Shown in pieces: positions 20,614-31,218 of a stretch of 64,000 bases of DNA. The stretch comes from an uncultured Phycisphaerales bacterium (GTDB lineage Bacteria; Planctomycetota; Phycisphaerae; Tepidisphaerales; Tepidisphaeraceae), in NCBI GenBank assembly GCA_963755915.1, contig CAVWLP010000002.1, positions 1,152,001 to 1,216,000 of the forward strand, given 5' to 3'. Every line of letters begins with the position of its first letter. Position 1 is the first letter of the stretch. The position numbers and the translations under genes were made by a program. The notes below the pieces were generated by a model that worked only from the letters and a program-made list of their open reading frames with translations, made no database searches and was not told where the DNA came from.

Positions 20614-20979
20614 CTAATTCTGATCCTGCTGCCAGTTCGGATCCCATTCGTACTGCGGCTTCATCATGATGTAGCGCTTGCCGTCTTTCTGGAAGATGAT
20701 GGCCTGGGGGGTGTCGATGACGAAGGTGCCCTTGTTGACGGTGCTGGGAAGGATTTTGCCGGTGGCCTGCAACTGGGCGGAAGTTTGCGTGGCGGCGGCT
20801 TCGAGCTGGTCGATGGCCTGGGTGGTGGCCATCTCCGCCTGGGTGGCGGCGATTGCGGCAGCTTGCTCGGCGGCCTGGGCAGCCAGGGCGGAGGCCACAG
20901 CGCCGCCGGTTTCAGCGCAGGCGGCCAGCACCAGTGCCAGCGCTGCGACGAATACGACAACAAACATTCGGAGGAGCAT
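20614..20979 (-). CDS. Ala/Thr/Gln-rich exported protein or lipoprotein (hypothetical)
   Basis: Signal peptide with LVLAAC, AATQ repeats, short C-terminal beta region. Confidence 0.65.
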   Translation of the reverse strand: MLLRMFVVVFVAALALVLAACAETGGAVASALAAQAAEQAAAIAATQAEMATTQAIDQLEAAATQTSAQLQATGKILPSTVNKGTFVIDTPQAIIFQKDGKRYIMMKPQYEWDPNWQQDQN

Positions 20980-21028
20980 GCGGGTAGGGGGTATTGTGCC
21001 GGATTGGGGGCGGGGACACAAATATATT

Positions 21029-21130
21029 TCCGATTGCCGATTTCCAATTGCCGATTGAAATGCCGAGATGCGTCTTTCATTCGGCAATTGGCAATTGGCA
21101 ATTGGCAATTGGCAATTGGCAATCGGCAAT
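21029..21130. repeat. heptamer-armed inverted repeat element with expanded TTGGCAA tract
   Basis: ccgattgccgatttccaattgccgattgaaa...tttcattcggcaa(ttggcaa)x5tcggcaat. Confidence 0.88.
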
Positions 21131-21134
21131 TCCG

Positions 21135-21890
21135 TCAATTTCCCCCATTCATTCCCGGTCCCGGATTGTATTTATTGGACGGAATGGCCTGGGCCGGTTG
21201 GGTTGCCGCTGTTGCCCCTCCGGGCTCGATAATCATGGTTACCGGCGTGCCGGGGGGTGGGACCAGGTCGGGGTTGAATTCCCATTCGAGGGTCTCGTTG
21301 GCGTTGCTGGCCAATTCGGGAACGTCGATCATCGTCAGGTCGAAATTCACGATGCTGACGACGTAGCCGGTCAGGTCCGCAGCGTAGCGGCCGTCGGGGA
21401 GAAGGCGGGAGCCGTCGAAGACCCAGGTCATTTCGGGCATTTCTTGTTTGGTTTTAACCGAGCGCATCATTCGGCAAGCGCTCACGGTGATGGGGGAGCC
21501 GTGGAGGACGTAGCTGCAGGAGATTTTCAGCGGCGGGCCGGTGGGGGCGTACCAGAGGGATTGGTCGGGGCTGAGATGGGCGGGCTCGCCGGGCGTGAGG
21601 CCGAGGGCGAGCAGGCCGAAGTGGATGTTGGAGGGGCGGGCGTCGGTGCGGAGGACGGTCTCGTGTTCCTGTCCGCCGCGGACGACGCAGAAAAATTCCA
21701 GGGGCATGTGGGCGTTGATCGCTTCGCATTTGACGCGGATCTGGCGGTGCTTGAGGTCGATCTGGACGTTGCGAAGAGGGGGGAGGGATTGATCTGTGGG
21801 TTGGGTGGCGGGCGGAGGCGGATTGTCGTCTGCGCGAAGGGCGGGTGCGAAGGTCAGAAACAACAGGAGAACGGCGGTGGTTCGAAGCAT
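21135..21890 (-). CDS. secreted YdjY-domain-like protein
   Basis: Signal peptide; PLEFFC, EHETVL, IHFGLLALGLTPG, WVFDGS, VVSIVNF, PPPGTPVTMII. Confidence 0.75.
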   Translation of the reverse strand: MLRTTAVLLLFLTFAPALRADDNPPPPATQPTDQSLPPLRNVQIDLKHRQIRVKCEAINAHMPLEFFCVVRGGQEHETVLRTDARPSNIHFGLLALGLTPGEPAHLSPDQSLWYAPTGPPLKISCSYVLHGSPITVSACRMMRSVKTKQEMPEMTWVFDGSRLLPDGRYAADLTGYVVSIVNFDLTMIDVPELASNANETLEWEFNPDLVPPPGTPVTMIIEPGGATAATQPAQAIPSNKYNPGPGMNGGN

Positions 21891-21957
21891 ACCTCATTAG
21901 TGTATGCCGAGAGACGCGCGGCGAGCAAAATAGTTGGGTCGATCGGATAACGGTTTT

Positions 21958-21997
21958 GCCCTTACCCCAACCCTCTCCCGGCTCACCGGGAGAGGGG
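21958..21997. repeat. BoxC/REP-like palindrome
   Basis: gcccttaccccaaccctctcccggctcaccgggagagggg. Confidence 0.8.
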
Positions 21998-22024
21998 CAG
22001 GACGAGCGGTGGTGTGGTCGAGAT

Positions 22025-22456
22025 TCAGCGGTCTTGAGTTTCGTTGGTTTTGTCGACGAAGAATTCCATCTGGTCGCGATTGAAATGGAGCGCGCCTTCG
22101 TACCAGCCAGGGGCGGCAACGCGGCAGCGGTAGAGGGTGCAGGGAATCGCCAGGGTTTTGTTTGAGCTGGGAGCCTGCATGCGGACGATGCCGCCGTAGC
22201 CGAGGGGGAGACGCTCGCGGGTGACGAAGCCGATCCCCCGGTGGTTGGCATCGCGGGTGTAGAGAACGCGAGCGGGACCGCCCGGGGAATCGGCGAAAAG
22301 CCAGAGGAGGGCTTTGACGCGAAACGCGGCTCTCGCGTGTTCGCGGCGCTCGTCGTTCCATGAGCCCGCTTCCAGGGCGGTCATGACCATCCCCGCTTCC
22401 AGGGGCCACGCAGCGTTTTCTCCGTGCAGTTCCGTACTTTCTGTTGGCGCGATCAT
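22025..22456 (-). CDS. PilZ-domain protein
   Basis: ERREHAR (RxxxR) and TRDANHRGIGF (DxSxxG-like) motifs. Confidence 0.7.
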   Translation of the reverse strand: MIAPTESTELHGENAAWPLEAGMVMTALEAGSWNDERREHARAAFRVKALLWLFADSPGGPARVLYTRDANHRGIGFVTRERLPLGYGGIVRMQAPSSNKTLAIPCTLYRCRVAAPGWYEGALHFNRDQMEFFVDKTNETQDR

Positions 22457-22537
22457 CAGACTTCTCCTTGAACCTGAAACTACGATACATTTGCCGGGGA
22501 AAACAAATGGGGGTGGGGAATTGTGGGGGTCCGATAA

Positions 22538-22663
22538 AAACCAGAAATCCGAAACCAGAAACCAGAAACCAGAATGAAATCCGAATGACCGAATGACGAA
22601 TGGGCGACTGCCATTCGGGTTTCGTCATTCGGACATTGATTCGGAATTCTGGTTTCTGGTTTC
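22538..22663. repeat. inverted repeat element with AAACCAG/AAATCCG and GAATGAC tandem arms
   Basis: aaaccagaaatccgaaaccagaaaccagaaaccagaatg...gaatgacgaatg...cattcg...gtcattcgg...ttctggtttctggtttcg. Confidence 0.8.
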
Positions 22664-22712
22664 GACAATAGGCTCTTTTGACAGTGTGTTAAGGGGGTTC
22701 TACATTTCGACG

Positions 22713-23246
22713 ATGCGAATCCTTGGGCGTGTGCTGGCGGTTCTGGCGCTTCCTCTCGTGTCGGCATGTTCACTGAATCCCGCGCCGGCGCCGCGGACGG
22801 CGGAGGAGAGCCAGCTCTTTGGTCCGGTTTCGATGAAGCTGGACACGTTTTCGAAAGTGAAGGACTGGACGGGGAGCGGAACGCCAAGCGGCGTCGAGGC
22901 GCTGATCGAATTTGACGACCGCTTTGGCGACCGAACCAAGGCTGCGGGAACTGTGGTTTTCGAGCTTTACGATTATCGGCCCTACTGGCCGGACCCGCGC
23001 GGGGACCGGCTGGCCAGTCCGTGGACGGGGGCACTGCTCACTTACGAGCAGCAGAAGGCGCACTGGGAGACGGCCAGCGGGGCGTATCTGTTTCGGCTGG
23101 TGTTCGACCATGCGATGTGGAATCACAGTTATGTTTTAGACGCGACATTTCAATCGGGCGGCGGGACGCGTTTTTTTTCACAGATCGTCCTCCCACCGCA
23201 ACTGCCGGAGAATCGGGAGTCAAGCACCAGTGCCAGCGTCCCCTAG
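22713..23246 (+). CDS. lipoprotein (hypothetical)
   Basis: MRILGRVLAVLALPLVSAC lipobox; DRFGDRTKAAGTVVFELY. Confidence 0.75.
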   Translation: MRILGRVLAVLALPLVSACSLNPAPAPRTAEESQLFGPVSMKLDTFSKVKDWTGSGTPSGVEALIEFDDRFGDRTKAAGTVVFELYDYRPYWPDPRGDRLASPWTGALLTYEQQKAHWETASGAYLFRLVFDHAMWNHSYVLDATFQSGGGTRFFSQIVLPPQLPENRESSTSASVP

Positions 23247-23262
23247 CGTGAACCTTTGCGAG

Positions 23263-24692
23263 ATGGAGCCTGTGGCGACGCTGCTGAAGCGGCTGCGGGC
23301 GGAGCTGTCGCACGACTTTGCGCGGGGCAAACAGATTCGCGTGAGCCGGGCGCCCGGGCGGCTGGACGTGATGGGGGGGATCGCGGATTACACGGGGTCG
23401 CTGGTTTGCGAGGCGACGCTGGACCGCGCGGCGGCGGTGGCCGTGCAGGGACGCGACGACCGGCAGGTGCAGGTTTTCTCGTTCAATCTGTTTGACGATC
23501 ATCAGGCATTTACGTTTCGGATTCCGCTGGAAGCGCTGGCGGAGACGCCGATCGAAACGCTGCGCACAGAACTGGGACAGCCGGGGCGGAGGTGGGCGGG
23601 TTATCTCGTCGGGTGCCTGGCGATTTTGCATCAGCGCAAGCTTTTGGATTTGAAGAATCCGGCGATTGGGGGAATCAATTTGGCGCTGCTGAGCAATGTG
23701 CCGCTGGGGGCGGGGGTGAGCAGCTCGGCGGCGATCGAAGTGGCGGCGATGATGAATTTCATGGATCACCTGGGGATCAGGCGGGACGACCCGATGCTGC
23801 TGGCGTCGATGTGCCAGGAGGTGGAGAATCGGGTGGTGGGGGCGCCCTGCGGGATCATGGACCAGGTGAGCAGTTGCCTGGGTGCGGAAAATTCGCTGCT
23901 GAGGATGATCTGCCAGCCGCACGAGCTTCAGCCGACGCTGCGCCTGCCGGAGGGGATCAGGGTCGTCGGCATCAACAGCGCGGTGAAACACAGCATCGGC
24001 GGCGGGATGTACGGCAAAACGCGCTGTGCGGCGTTCATGGGGCACAAGATCATGCTGGAAAAAATGCGCGAGATGGGGAAGACGAATGGAGCGGTTTTAG
24101 TGTCGGACCCGATGCGCGGCTACCTGGCGAACCTCGACCCGGAGGATTACAAGAAATTTTTCCGGCCCCATCTTCCAAATCAGGTTGAAGGGAAGGTTTT
24201 CCTGGCGCAGTACGGCGGAACACACGACACCGCGACGAAGGTGGAGGTGGAGCATACTTATCACGTGCTGCAGGCGAGCGACCATCACGTGCTGGAGGCG
24301 ATGCGGGTGCGGAATTTCGTGCATCACCTCGAGACGGCCGCAGAGATGCCGGCGGGATCGGCGCAGCGGAAATTGCCGCTCGATAAGGCGGGACATTTAA
24401 TGTACGGCTCGCATGTTTCGTATACGAACGACGCGCTGCTGGGGGCGGATGAATGTGACATGCTGGTGCAGGCGGTTCGACAGCGCGAGCACGCGGGGCT
24501 TTATGGCGCGAAAATCACCGGCGGAGGGAGCGGGGGGACGGTGGCGGTGCTGGCGGATATTTCGCCCCGCGCCGATGATGCGATCGCGCAGATTCTCAAG
24601 GAATATGAGAAGGAGTCGGGCGCAGGCCGGAGGCGTTTACGGGGACGAGTCCGGGGGCTTGGGAAGTGGGGACGAAAGAGATTGTGATTTGA
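23263..24692 (+). CDS. GHMP sugar kinase, L-arabinokinase/galactokinase-like, frameshifted near 24620
   Basis: RAPGRLDVMGGIADYTGSLV, VPLGAGVSSSAAIEVA, ENRVVGAPCGIMDQ, GAKITGGGSGG; corrected end EAFTGTSPGAWEVGTKEIVI* at 24692. Confidence 0.88.
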
Positions 24693-24739
24693 ATGCCGAT
24701 TGCCGATTGCCAAATGCCGAATGAGAATGTGGGGAGCGC

Positions 24740-25756
24740 GTGAACATCAAGGATTCCAAAGCGATTCTGGATCGGCTGCTGGCGTTTCAGCGCAACGTGC
24801 AGGATTTGATTCTCAAATTGCGCGGCGCTTCCGGGCATAACGAGATCGGGCGATCGAGCGCGGCGGATACCATTTACAAAATTGATGCGGAGGTCGATCC
24901 GATCCTGGAATCGTTTTGCGAGGAATGGGGACGGCAGACGCCGATTGTCGTGATCGCGGAGGGGCTGGTGGGCGAGGATGGAGAGGAAGTCGACCGGCGA
25001 GTGTTCCCGGCGTCGGCGTCGGAATCGCAGGCGACCCTGCGGGTGATTTTCGATCCGATCGACGGGACCCGCGGGATCATGTACGACAAGCGGCCGGCGT
25101 GGTCGCTGGCGGGGGTGGCGCCGAACAAGGGGCCGGGGACGAGCTTGCGGGATATTGAGATTGCGGTGATGACGGAATTGCCAACGAGCAAATCCGGGTT
25201 TGCGGATTGCCTTTGGGCGGTGAAAGGAGGGGGGACGAAGGCGACGCGCACTGATTTGCGCAGCGGCGATTCGCAGCCGCTGGCATTGCGGCCTTCGGGT
25301 GCGACGACCATCAATCATGGGTTCGCCACGATCACGAATTTTTTCCCGGGGACGAAAGTGCTGGCGGGGGAACTGACGGAATATCTGGCTGCGAACCTGA
25401 TCGGCCCGGCGGATGTGACGCGGGCGACGGTGTTTGAGGATCAATATATTTCGACCGGCGGGCAGCTTTATGAGGTGATCGTGGGTCACGACCGGTTTAT
25501 TGCCGATCTGCGGCCGCTGTTTTACCGGATTCAGAATCAGCCGGAGGGGTTGTCTTGCCATCCGTACGACTGCGCGACCTGGCTGGTGGCGGAGGAGGCG
25601 GGGGTGATTCTGACGGATGGATTGGGCAAGCCGCTGGATGGGCCGCTGGATGTGACGACGGGGATTTCCTGGGCGGCGTATGCGAATCCCGCGCTACGGG
25701 CGGCGATTGAGCCGATTCTCACGAAGTTTCTGGGCGAAAGGCTCGCCGGACGATAG
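24740..25756 (+). CDS. inositol monophosphatase/FBPase-superfamily protein
   Basis: DTIYKID, IAEG, FDPIDGTRG, HPYDC. Confidence 0.85.
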   Translation: MNIKDSKAILDRLLAFQRNVQDLILKLRGASGHNEIGRSSAADTIYKIDAEVDPILESFCEEWGRQTPIVVIAEGLVGEDGEEVDRRVFPASASESQATLRVIFDPIDGTRGIMYDKRPAWSLAGVAPNKGPGTSLRDIEIAVMTELPTSKSGFADCLWAVKGGGTKATRTDLRSGDSQPLALRPSGATTINHGFATITNFFPGTKVLAGELTEYLAANLIGPADVTRATVFEDQYISTGGQLYEVIVGHDRFIADLRPLFYRIQNQPEGLSCHPYDCATWLVAEEAGVILTDGLGKPLDGPLDVTTGISWAAYANPALRAAIEPILTKFLGERLAGR

Positions 25757-25849
25757 GTTAAAAAAGTTTGCGTCTCGATCCAAAATGGCTGCTGAGTCGC
25801 GCCCCATCAGTTTTTCCCATGATCGGCACGATCGGCATTCGGCAGGCCA

Positions 25850-26380
25850 TTAGCCGCCGGCGCCGCCGCGAGCCGGCGAAATCTCATACCCGCCGATTTC
25901 CAAATTGGGATACTGGTCGCCGATTTCCCTCTTCAGGTCTCGAACTAAGCCTTCGTAAGCTTCTACGGGAATCGAGGACGCAGAGAGGCAATTGAGGCCC
26001 TTTGGAAAGGGTGCCGTGGTGAAAAAGAGTGTCACACTATTTGAAAAACCCTTGAAAGCACCGAAGCGAACGATCCGTGACCACGGCACAAATTTCTGCG
26101 TCCATGGAATGAGCGGTCGATTCATTAATATTCCACTGGCTTCGATTTTGACCAACACCTCCTGATCCAGAATGACGCCTACGAGAGCCGTCAAAAAAAC
26201 GTACAAGAACCCCAGTCCCACGGTGATCGGAATAAATGGCCACGGACAATGGTAACGCAGAAAGAAGACCGTTACTCCCACGGCGAGCGCCGTGAGGACA
26301 AGACAAGCCACGCCTCGCGCGGATCGGTAGCGCATGCCCAGCACGTAAATAGGCCGAGAATAGTCCAGCGTCGTTGCCAA
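25850..26380 (-). CDS. two-TM membrane protein with PH-like C-terminal domain (hypothetical)
   Basis: LDYSRP start, two TMs, KIEASGI...FVPWSRI pattern. Confidence 0.6.
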   Translation of the reverse strand: MATTLDYSRPIYVLGMRYRSARGVACLVLTALAVGVTVFFLRYHCPWPFIPITVGLGFLYVFLTALVGVILDQEVLVKIEASGILMNRPLIPWTQKFVPWSRIVRFGAFKGFSNSVTLFFTTAPFPKGLNCLSASSIPVEAYEGLVRDLKREIGDQYPNLEIGGYEISPARGGAGG

Positions 26381-26477
26381 TTGTGCCTGCGCTTTCGGCG
26401 ATATTGTAAATAGCCTGTCTTGATACAGAAAGTGGCCCGGTCGGTGCCAAATTCGTCGATTTGCAATCAGGGCGCGG

Positions 26478-27584
26478 CTAGTGCATGTGGTTGAAGATCG
26501 CCAGCAGGATCATCAATGCCGCCACGATTCCAGCGACTAACATCGCGATCTTGATGGCGCTATACGGCCGCTCACCCTGCACGGCGCCGGTCCGGGCATT
26601 TACCAGAAATCGAAACGTCCGCTCGTTGTAGTGATAGGCGCTGATCCACAGCGGCAGAAGAATGTGGCGGAAGAAGATGTCGAAATAGCGGCTCTCCATG
26701 CCGGCGATCTGCTGGTGGTCGCCGCCGATGTCGCGGCAGATGGTTCGCTGGATTTCGGGAGCCATGATTTGCTTGGCGGATTCGAATCCCTGGCCGAGAT
26801 CGATCTGGTAGCTCTGGCAGGCCATGCCGCTGATAAACTCGTCGGCGTAGGGGACGATGTGGCCAAGGTCCCAGGGCTGGAGATGGTCGGCCTGTTTGGC
26901 TGGCAGCGATTGCGTGGCGAGGACGAGCAGATCGCGGAAGCGGTTGTCGACGGCGCCGCTGACGTGCGTCCAGCGCGTGCGTGTGACGGGGCGCTCGCGG
27001 GTTTCGGGGTGGCCGTTGACAATTTCGGTGTAGGTTTCCATGACCGTGTAGTCGTCGCCGCGCTGGCCGGTGTAGGCGGTTTGGGCGGCGGCGTCGTAGG
27101 TCCAGCAGGGAATGTAAGCGCCGTCGATGCCGGCCTGATCGGATCGCTTCGACAGGTCGCTCGGGGCGAACCAGAGGCTGGAGATCCACTGCCGGAAAAG
27201 GGTATTTGCCTGGGCCTTGTTGACGAGGAAGGGGAGCAGGCCGCCGGGCTTGATCAGTTTTTTCGATTGGCCTTGGGCGACGACGGGAGCGCCGCAGAAG
27301 GCGCATCGGCCGGCGGTGACGTCCTGGGCCAGATGCGTTTCAGCGCCGCAGTTGTCGCAGCGAACCACGACGGCGTCGTGGATTTCCGTCGCGCCGGCGA
27401 GCTCCTGCTGATAGACGTTGAAATCGAGGAGGGGGACGAATCCTTTGGGGGCGGTGATGGTGTTGGTCGTTCCGCAGTAGGGGCAGACGAGGGAATCGGT
27501 GCCGGGCTGGAACTGGAGTTTCGCGCCGCACTTGGTGCAGGGAAACTGTCGCGCAGCTTCGGCGGTGGCGATGGAGTCAGCCAT
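26478..27584 (-). CDS. zinc-ribbon membrane-anchored protein (SPFH operon partner)
   Basis: FPCTKCGA, CPYCG, CDNCGA, CAFCG; YIPCWTYD, ILLPLW, VNARTGAVQGERPYS, C-terminal TM. Confidence 0.85.
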   Translation of the reverse strand: MADSIATAEAARQFPCTKCGAKLQFQPGTDSLVCPYCGTTNTITAPKGFVPLLDFNVYQQELAGATEIHDAVVVRCDNCGAETHLAQDVTAGRCAFCGAPVVAQGQSKKLIKPGGLLPFLVNKAQANTLFRQWISSLWFAPSDLSKRSDQAGIDGAYIPCWTYDAAAQTAYTGQRGDDYTVMETYTEIVNGHPETRERPVTRTRWTHVSGAVDNRFRDLLVLATQSLPAKQADHLQPWDLGHIVPYADEFISGMACQSYQIDLGQGFESAKQIMAPEIQRTICRDIGGDHQQIAGMESRYFDIFFRHILLPLWISAYHYNERTFRFLVNARTGAVQGERPYSAIKIAMLVAGIVAALMILLAIFNHMH

Positions 27585-27599
27585 GTGGGAGCGCGGGGC

Positions 27600-28688
27600 T
27601 TATGCTTTTGGCAGCGGCGGCGGGACCGATCCAAAAACGCTCGACAATTCCGGCACCGATTCAGCCGGGCTCCAGGAGGACATTCCCTGCCGCCAGACCA
27701 GCGTCTGTCGCGTGAACTGTCCAGAAGCGGCCTGCGAGGAGAGATCGGCGACCGAATGCGGACCCGACTGCTGGCCGTTAATCGCGGTATAGAACGCAGC
27801 CGGCTGCGGAACCGGCGGCGGTGAATTTGCGGCAGCGCCGAAGGCCTGGCCCATCTGGCCCGCCATCTGGAATCCCGCGGCAAGGCCCGCCCCCGCGCCG
27901 GCAAGCCCGCCGGGATTCTTGGCGGCGTCGCGGATCGCGCTGGCGCTTTCATACTGCGTGTACTGCTGCATGTTCCCGATCACACCCATGCTGCTCCGCT
28001 TGTCGATGGCCGCTTCCACTTCCGGCGGCAGCGAAATGTTTTCGATCAAAAAGTTGCAGATCTGAAGCCCGAAGACGTCGAAGTCCGGCTGGATGGAAGC
28101 CGAGGCCCAGCGGCTCACCTTGTCGTAATTTCCCGCCAGGTCGAGCACGGGCATCTTGTTGTTCCCCAGCGCATCGGCGAATCGCGAGACGACCATGTCG
28201 CGCAACTGCTGCTCGATTTCATCGACGGTGAACCGTGCCTCGGTGTCGGCGATATTCTTGATGAACGCGCCGGCGTCTTTGACCTTGATGGCAAACGACC
28301 CGAAGGCGCGGATGCGCACCGGGCCGAATTCCGGATCGCGCATCATGATGGGGTTCTGCGTTCCCCATTTTTTGTCGGTGAAGGTGCGCGTGGAGACGAA
28401 ATAGACCTCGGCCTTGAAGGGGCTGTTGAACCCGTATTTCCAGCCGGCGAGGGTGGAGAGAATCGGCAGGTTCTGGGTCTGGAGCGTGAAGGTGCCCGGC
28501 TGGAAGACGTCGGCAAGCTGCCCCTGAAGCACGAACGCCGCGACCTGCGATTCGCGGACGATGAGCTGCGCGCCGTTCTTGATCTCGTTTTCGTAGCGGG
28601 GGAATCGCCAGACCATCGTATCGCGGGAATCGTCCGTCCACTCGACGATGTCGATCAACTGGCTGCGGAGTTTGTCGAAAATGCCCAT
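27600..28688 (-). CDS. SPFH/band-7 domain protein with C-terminal GYF_2-like domain
   Basis: EIKNGAQLIVRESQ, FNSPFKAEVYF, KWGTQNPI, ENISLPPEVE; NGQQSGP...TLVWRQGMSSW. Confidence 0.9.
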   Translation of the reverse strand: MGIFDKLRSQLIDIVEWTDDSRDTMVWRFPRYENEIKNGAQLIVRESQVAAFVLQGQLADVFQPGTFTLQTQNLPILSTLAGWKYGFNSPFKAEVYFVSTRTFTDKKWGTQNPIMMRDPEFGPVRIRAFGSFAIKVKDAGAFIKNIADTEARFTVDEIEQQLRDMVVSRFADALGNNKMPVLDLAGNYDKVSRWASASIQPDFDVFGLQICNFLIENISLPPEVEAAIDKRSSMGVIGNMQQYTQYESASAIRDAAKNPGGLAGAGAGLAAGFQMAGQMGQAFGAAANSPPPVPQPAAFYTAINGQQSGPHSVADLSSQAASGQFTRQTLVWRQGMSSWSPAESVPELSSVFGSVPPPLPKA

Positions 28689-28846
28689 GTCTTTCTCCTG
28701 GTGGAAATTACTGTGGGATAATACCAGAGCCGACGGGGCTGGACAAAAACCGCAGTTGTTATAAATGCGTGGAAATTCTCAACCATCGAGATTTTGAGTT
28801 GGCCACGAAACGGCCCACAAGTGGGCCGGCTACACGGTTTTTTCGT

Positions 28847-30791
28847 CTACACCACCTTCACCTCAATCGCCCCCGGCCTATATCCCACGCCGCGCTCAAG
28901 CGCCATGTCGTGGGCTTCGTTGTAGTACTCAACCAGCTTCGACCAGTCGAAGGCTTCGCTGAGCCGCTCGACTTTGTTTCGCATTTCGATGCGCTGCCGG
29001 CGCTGGAGCTTGAGGAAGTTCAACAGGTGCTCGACGAGTTCGTTAACCGTGGCGTCAAAACCGCGGGTGCGGCGGTTAAGGACATAGATCCCCTGCTCAT
29101 TATGATCGGGAATGTGCCGCTGCACGTAGGCGCCGAAGCCGCTTAGGTCGGTGGTGACGTTGGGGACGCCAAGGGCGGCGCATTCCATCGGCGTGTAGCC
29201 CCACGGCTCATAGTAGCTCGGGAAAATCCCCATGTGGCAGCCGCGGACGAACTGGTCGTAGTCGAGGCTGATCAGCGGGCTGGTTGCGGTGACGAATTGC
29301 GGATGAAAGATGATTTTGACCGGGTCATCCGGCGCGTTGAAGAGGCCGCGGTTGCGGAGGTGCTGGAGGATCGGATCGTTGGCGTCGTCGACGAGATCGT
29401 GGGTGACGATCGGCGGCTGCCGGCCCGTGCGCCAGGCGAAAATCGCCTGCTTAAGGCGGACGGCGTCGTCGTCGGTCACCAGGTCGTCGGTGACGATCCG
29501 GCCGTTGACGGCGCCGCGGAAGAGGCGCTGGCCCATCTCCTCTTCGATCTGCTCGCAGGTTTTGTGCAGCTCGTCGAACATCGACTGGCTCTGGAGAGTC
29601 CCGACGTTGATGTTGCGCGTCGCGGCCTTGGTGACGATGAAGGCGACGACCGTCGGCCCGTCGTTTGAGCCGCGAAGCCGCTGGTCGCAGGCGAGCGAGA
29701 GCTTCGATGAACAGGTCCATCCCCTTGTTGCGATATTCGTAGCGCCCGCTGGTGAAGAGGTAGATGGTTTTGTCGAGGTCGAAGCTGTAGGCGGGGAAGA
29801 AATGCCCCATCACGAATTCGTGGATGGCTTCCTTGTACTGCCGGTGAAGGTTCTGGAATTCGTGCAGCGCGGCGAAGCGCTGGATGTTCAGGCCGTTGGG
29901 GAGAATCAGGTCGGGCTGGCGGCCGAGGAGTTTTTCGGCCTCGAAACTGGTGACCTGGCTGACGGTGGTGAAAACCGTCGCCGCGTGCGAGGCGGCTTTT
30001 TCGATCGCGAAGCGCGGATAAATATCGCGCTTGGCCGCTTCTTCGTCCGGGTTCAGGTAGGGGAGATGGTCGTAGAAGTAGGGATTATCGCTGGCGAGAT
30101 ATCGCCCCAGCAGCGTGGCATGGGTGGTGAAGACGGTGGCCACGGGAAGCTTCAGATGCGCGATGCGCGGGACGGCGACGCCGGCCATCCATTCGTGGAA
30201 ATGGGCGATGATCGGCGTCTTGCCGCCGAGCTCGGCGCACAGGGCCGCGAAGAATTCCGCGACGGTGAAACCGAACGCGACGACTTCGTTGACTTCCCCG
30301 TCGCCCGCGACGGTGGCGATGAAATTGTCTTTCCAGAGGAGGTATTTGTCGGAATCAAGCTGCGAGAATCGGCCGCGATAGTCGAGCAGGATCACCCGCG
30401 GCCGACCGGGGATGAGCCAGCGGCCGTAATGGCAGCCGATGCCCATGTTGCGCAGGCGATCCAGCGTTTTGCGGATGACGCCCTCGGTGGGCTGTTCTTC
30501 AAATTCCAGGGCGGCGGTGTGGGGGTTGTAGGGACCGATGAGGCAGTAGCGTTCGCCCCAGCGCTGGAGCATCGCCGGGACCTTTGAGCGCAGGACGGTG
30601 TAGATTCCACCAAGCTGCCAGCAGACTTCCCAGCCGATTTCGAAGAGAAGGGGATCAGGGGTGGGCTGAGGCGAAGAGTCCGTATGCGGAGGCGAGGGAG
30701 CGGGCGTCGGCGTCGGAGTCGGGCTGGGGGTTGGCACGGTGCGTCGCTCCACGGTTCGCTGGCCGGTCCTTCCGCGTCGTCGGGTGGGCAT
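28847..30791 (-). CDS. glycogen synthase, GT3 (eukaryotic-type), frameshifted near 29688
   Basis: LFEIGWEVCWQLGGIYTVLRSK, HFHEWMAG, FTTHATLLGR, GRYEYRNKG, FVRGCHMGIFPSYYEPWGYTPMEC. Confidence 0.92.
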
Positions 30792-30916
30792 CGGGGGGTA
30801 TTATGCCGAAACTTGGCCGCAGGCCAAACGGACTAAAAAGCTGGCGAGTCATTATGTCCACAACGGCCCCCATTTGCCTTTCCCCCCTCCCGGTGATACC
30901 GTTCTTCGCCCAAATT

Positions 30917-30968
30917 CATCCGGCTGACGTTGGGTCTTTTGACCCGACGCACGATCGGATGCAAGGAG
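30917..30968 (+). promoter_or_regulatory. candidate structured 5' leader of rpmE
   Basis: CATCCG(30917)/CGGATG(30956) outer stem, CGTTGGGTC-TTTT-GACCCGACG inner stem, then AAGGAG SD at 30963-30968. Confidence 0.5.
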
Positions 30969-30975
30969 TTAACAC

Positions 30976-31218
30976 GTGAAAGCCAAGATTCATCCCCGGT
31001 ATCAGAAGTGCACCGCTCACTGTGCGTGTGGAAATACGTTCGTAACGCGGAGCACCATGTCGAAGATCAACGTCGATATCTGCAACGTCTGCCACCCCTT
31101 TTTCACGGGGAAGCAGAAGTTTGTGGATACCGCCGGCCGCGTGGAGCGGTTCAGCAAGAAGTTCGGCGGGACCTACAGCTTCCAGAAGACCGCGGCGCCC
31201 GCGACGGCGAAAAAATGA
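30976..31218 (+). CDS. rpmE: 50S ribosomal protein L31 (zinc-binding type)
   Basis: [40 protein letters not shown]. Confidence 0.98.
   Translation: MKAKIHPRYQKCTAHCACGNTFVTRSTMSKINVDICNVCHPFFTGKQKFVDTAGRVERFSKKFGGTYSFQKTAAPATAKK

Noticed and set aside
21029-21130. CRISPR array
   Set aside because: Contiguous 7-mers without unique spacers, and no cas genes in the window
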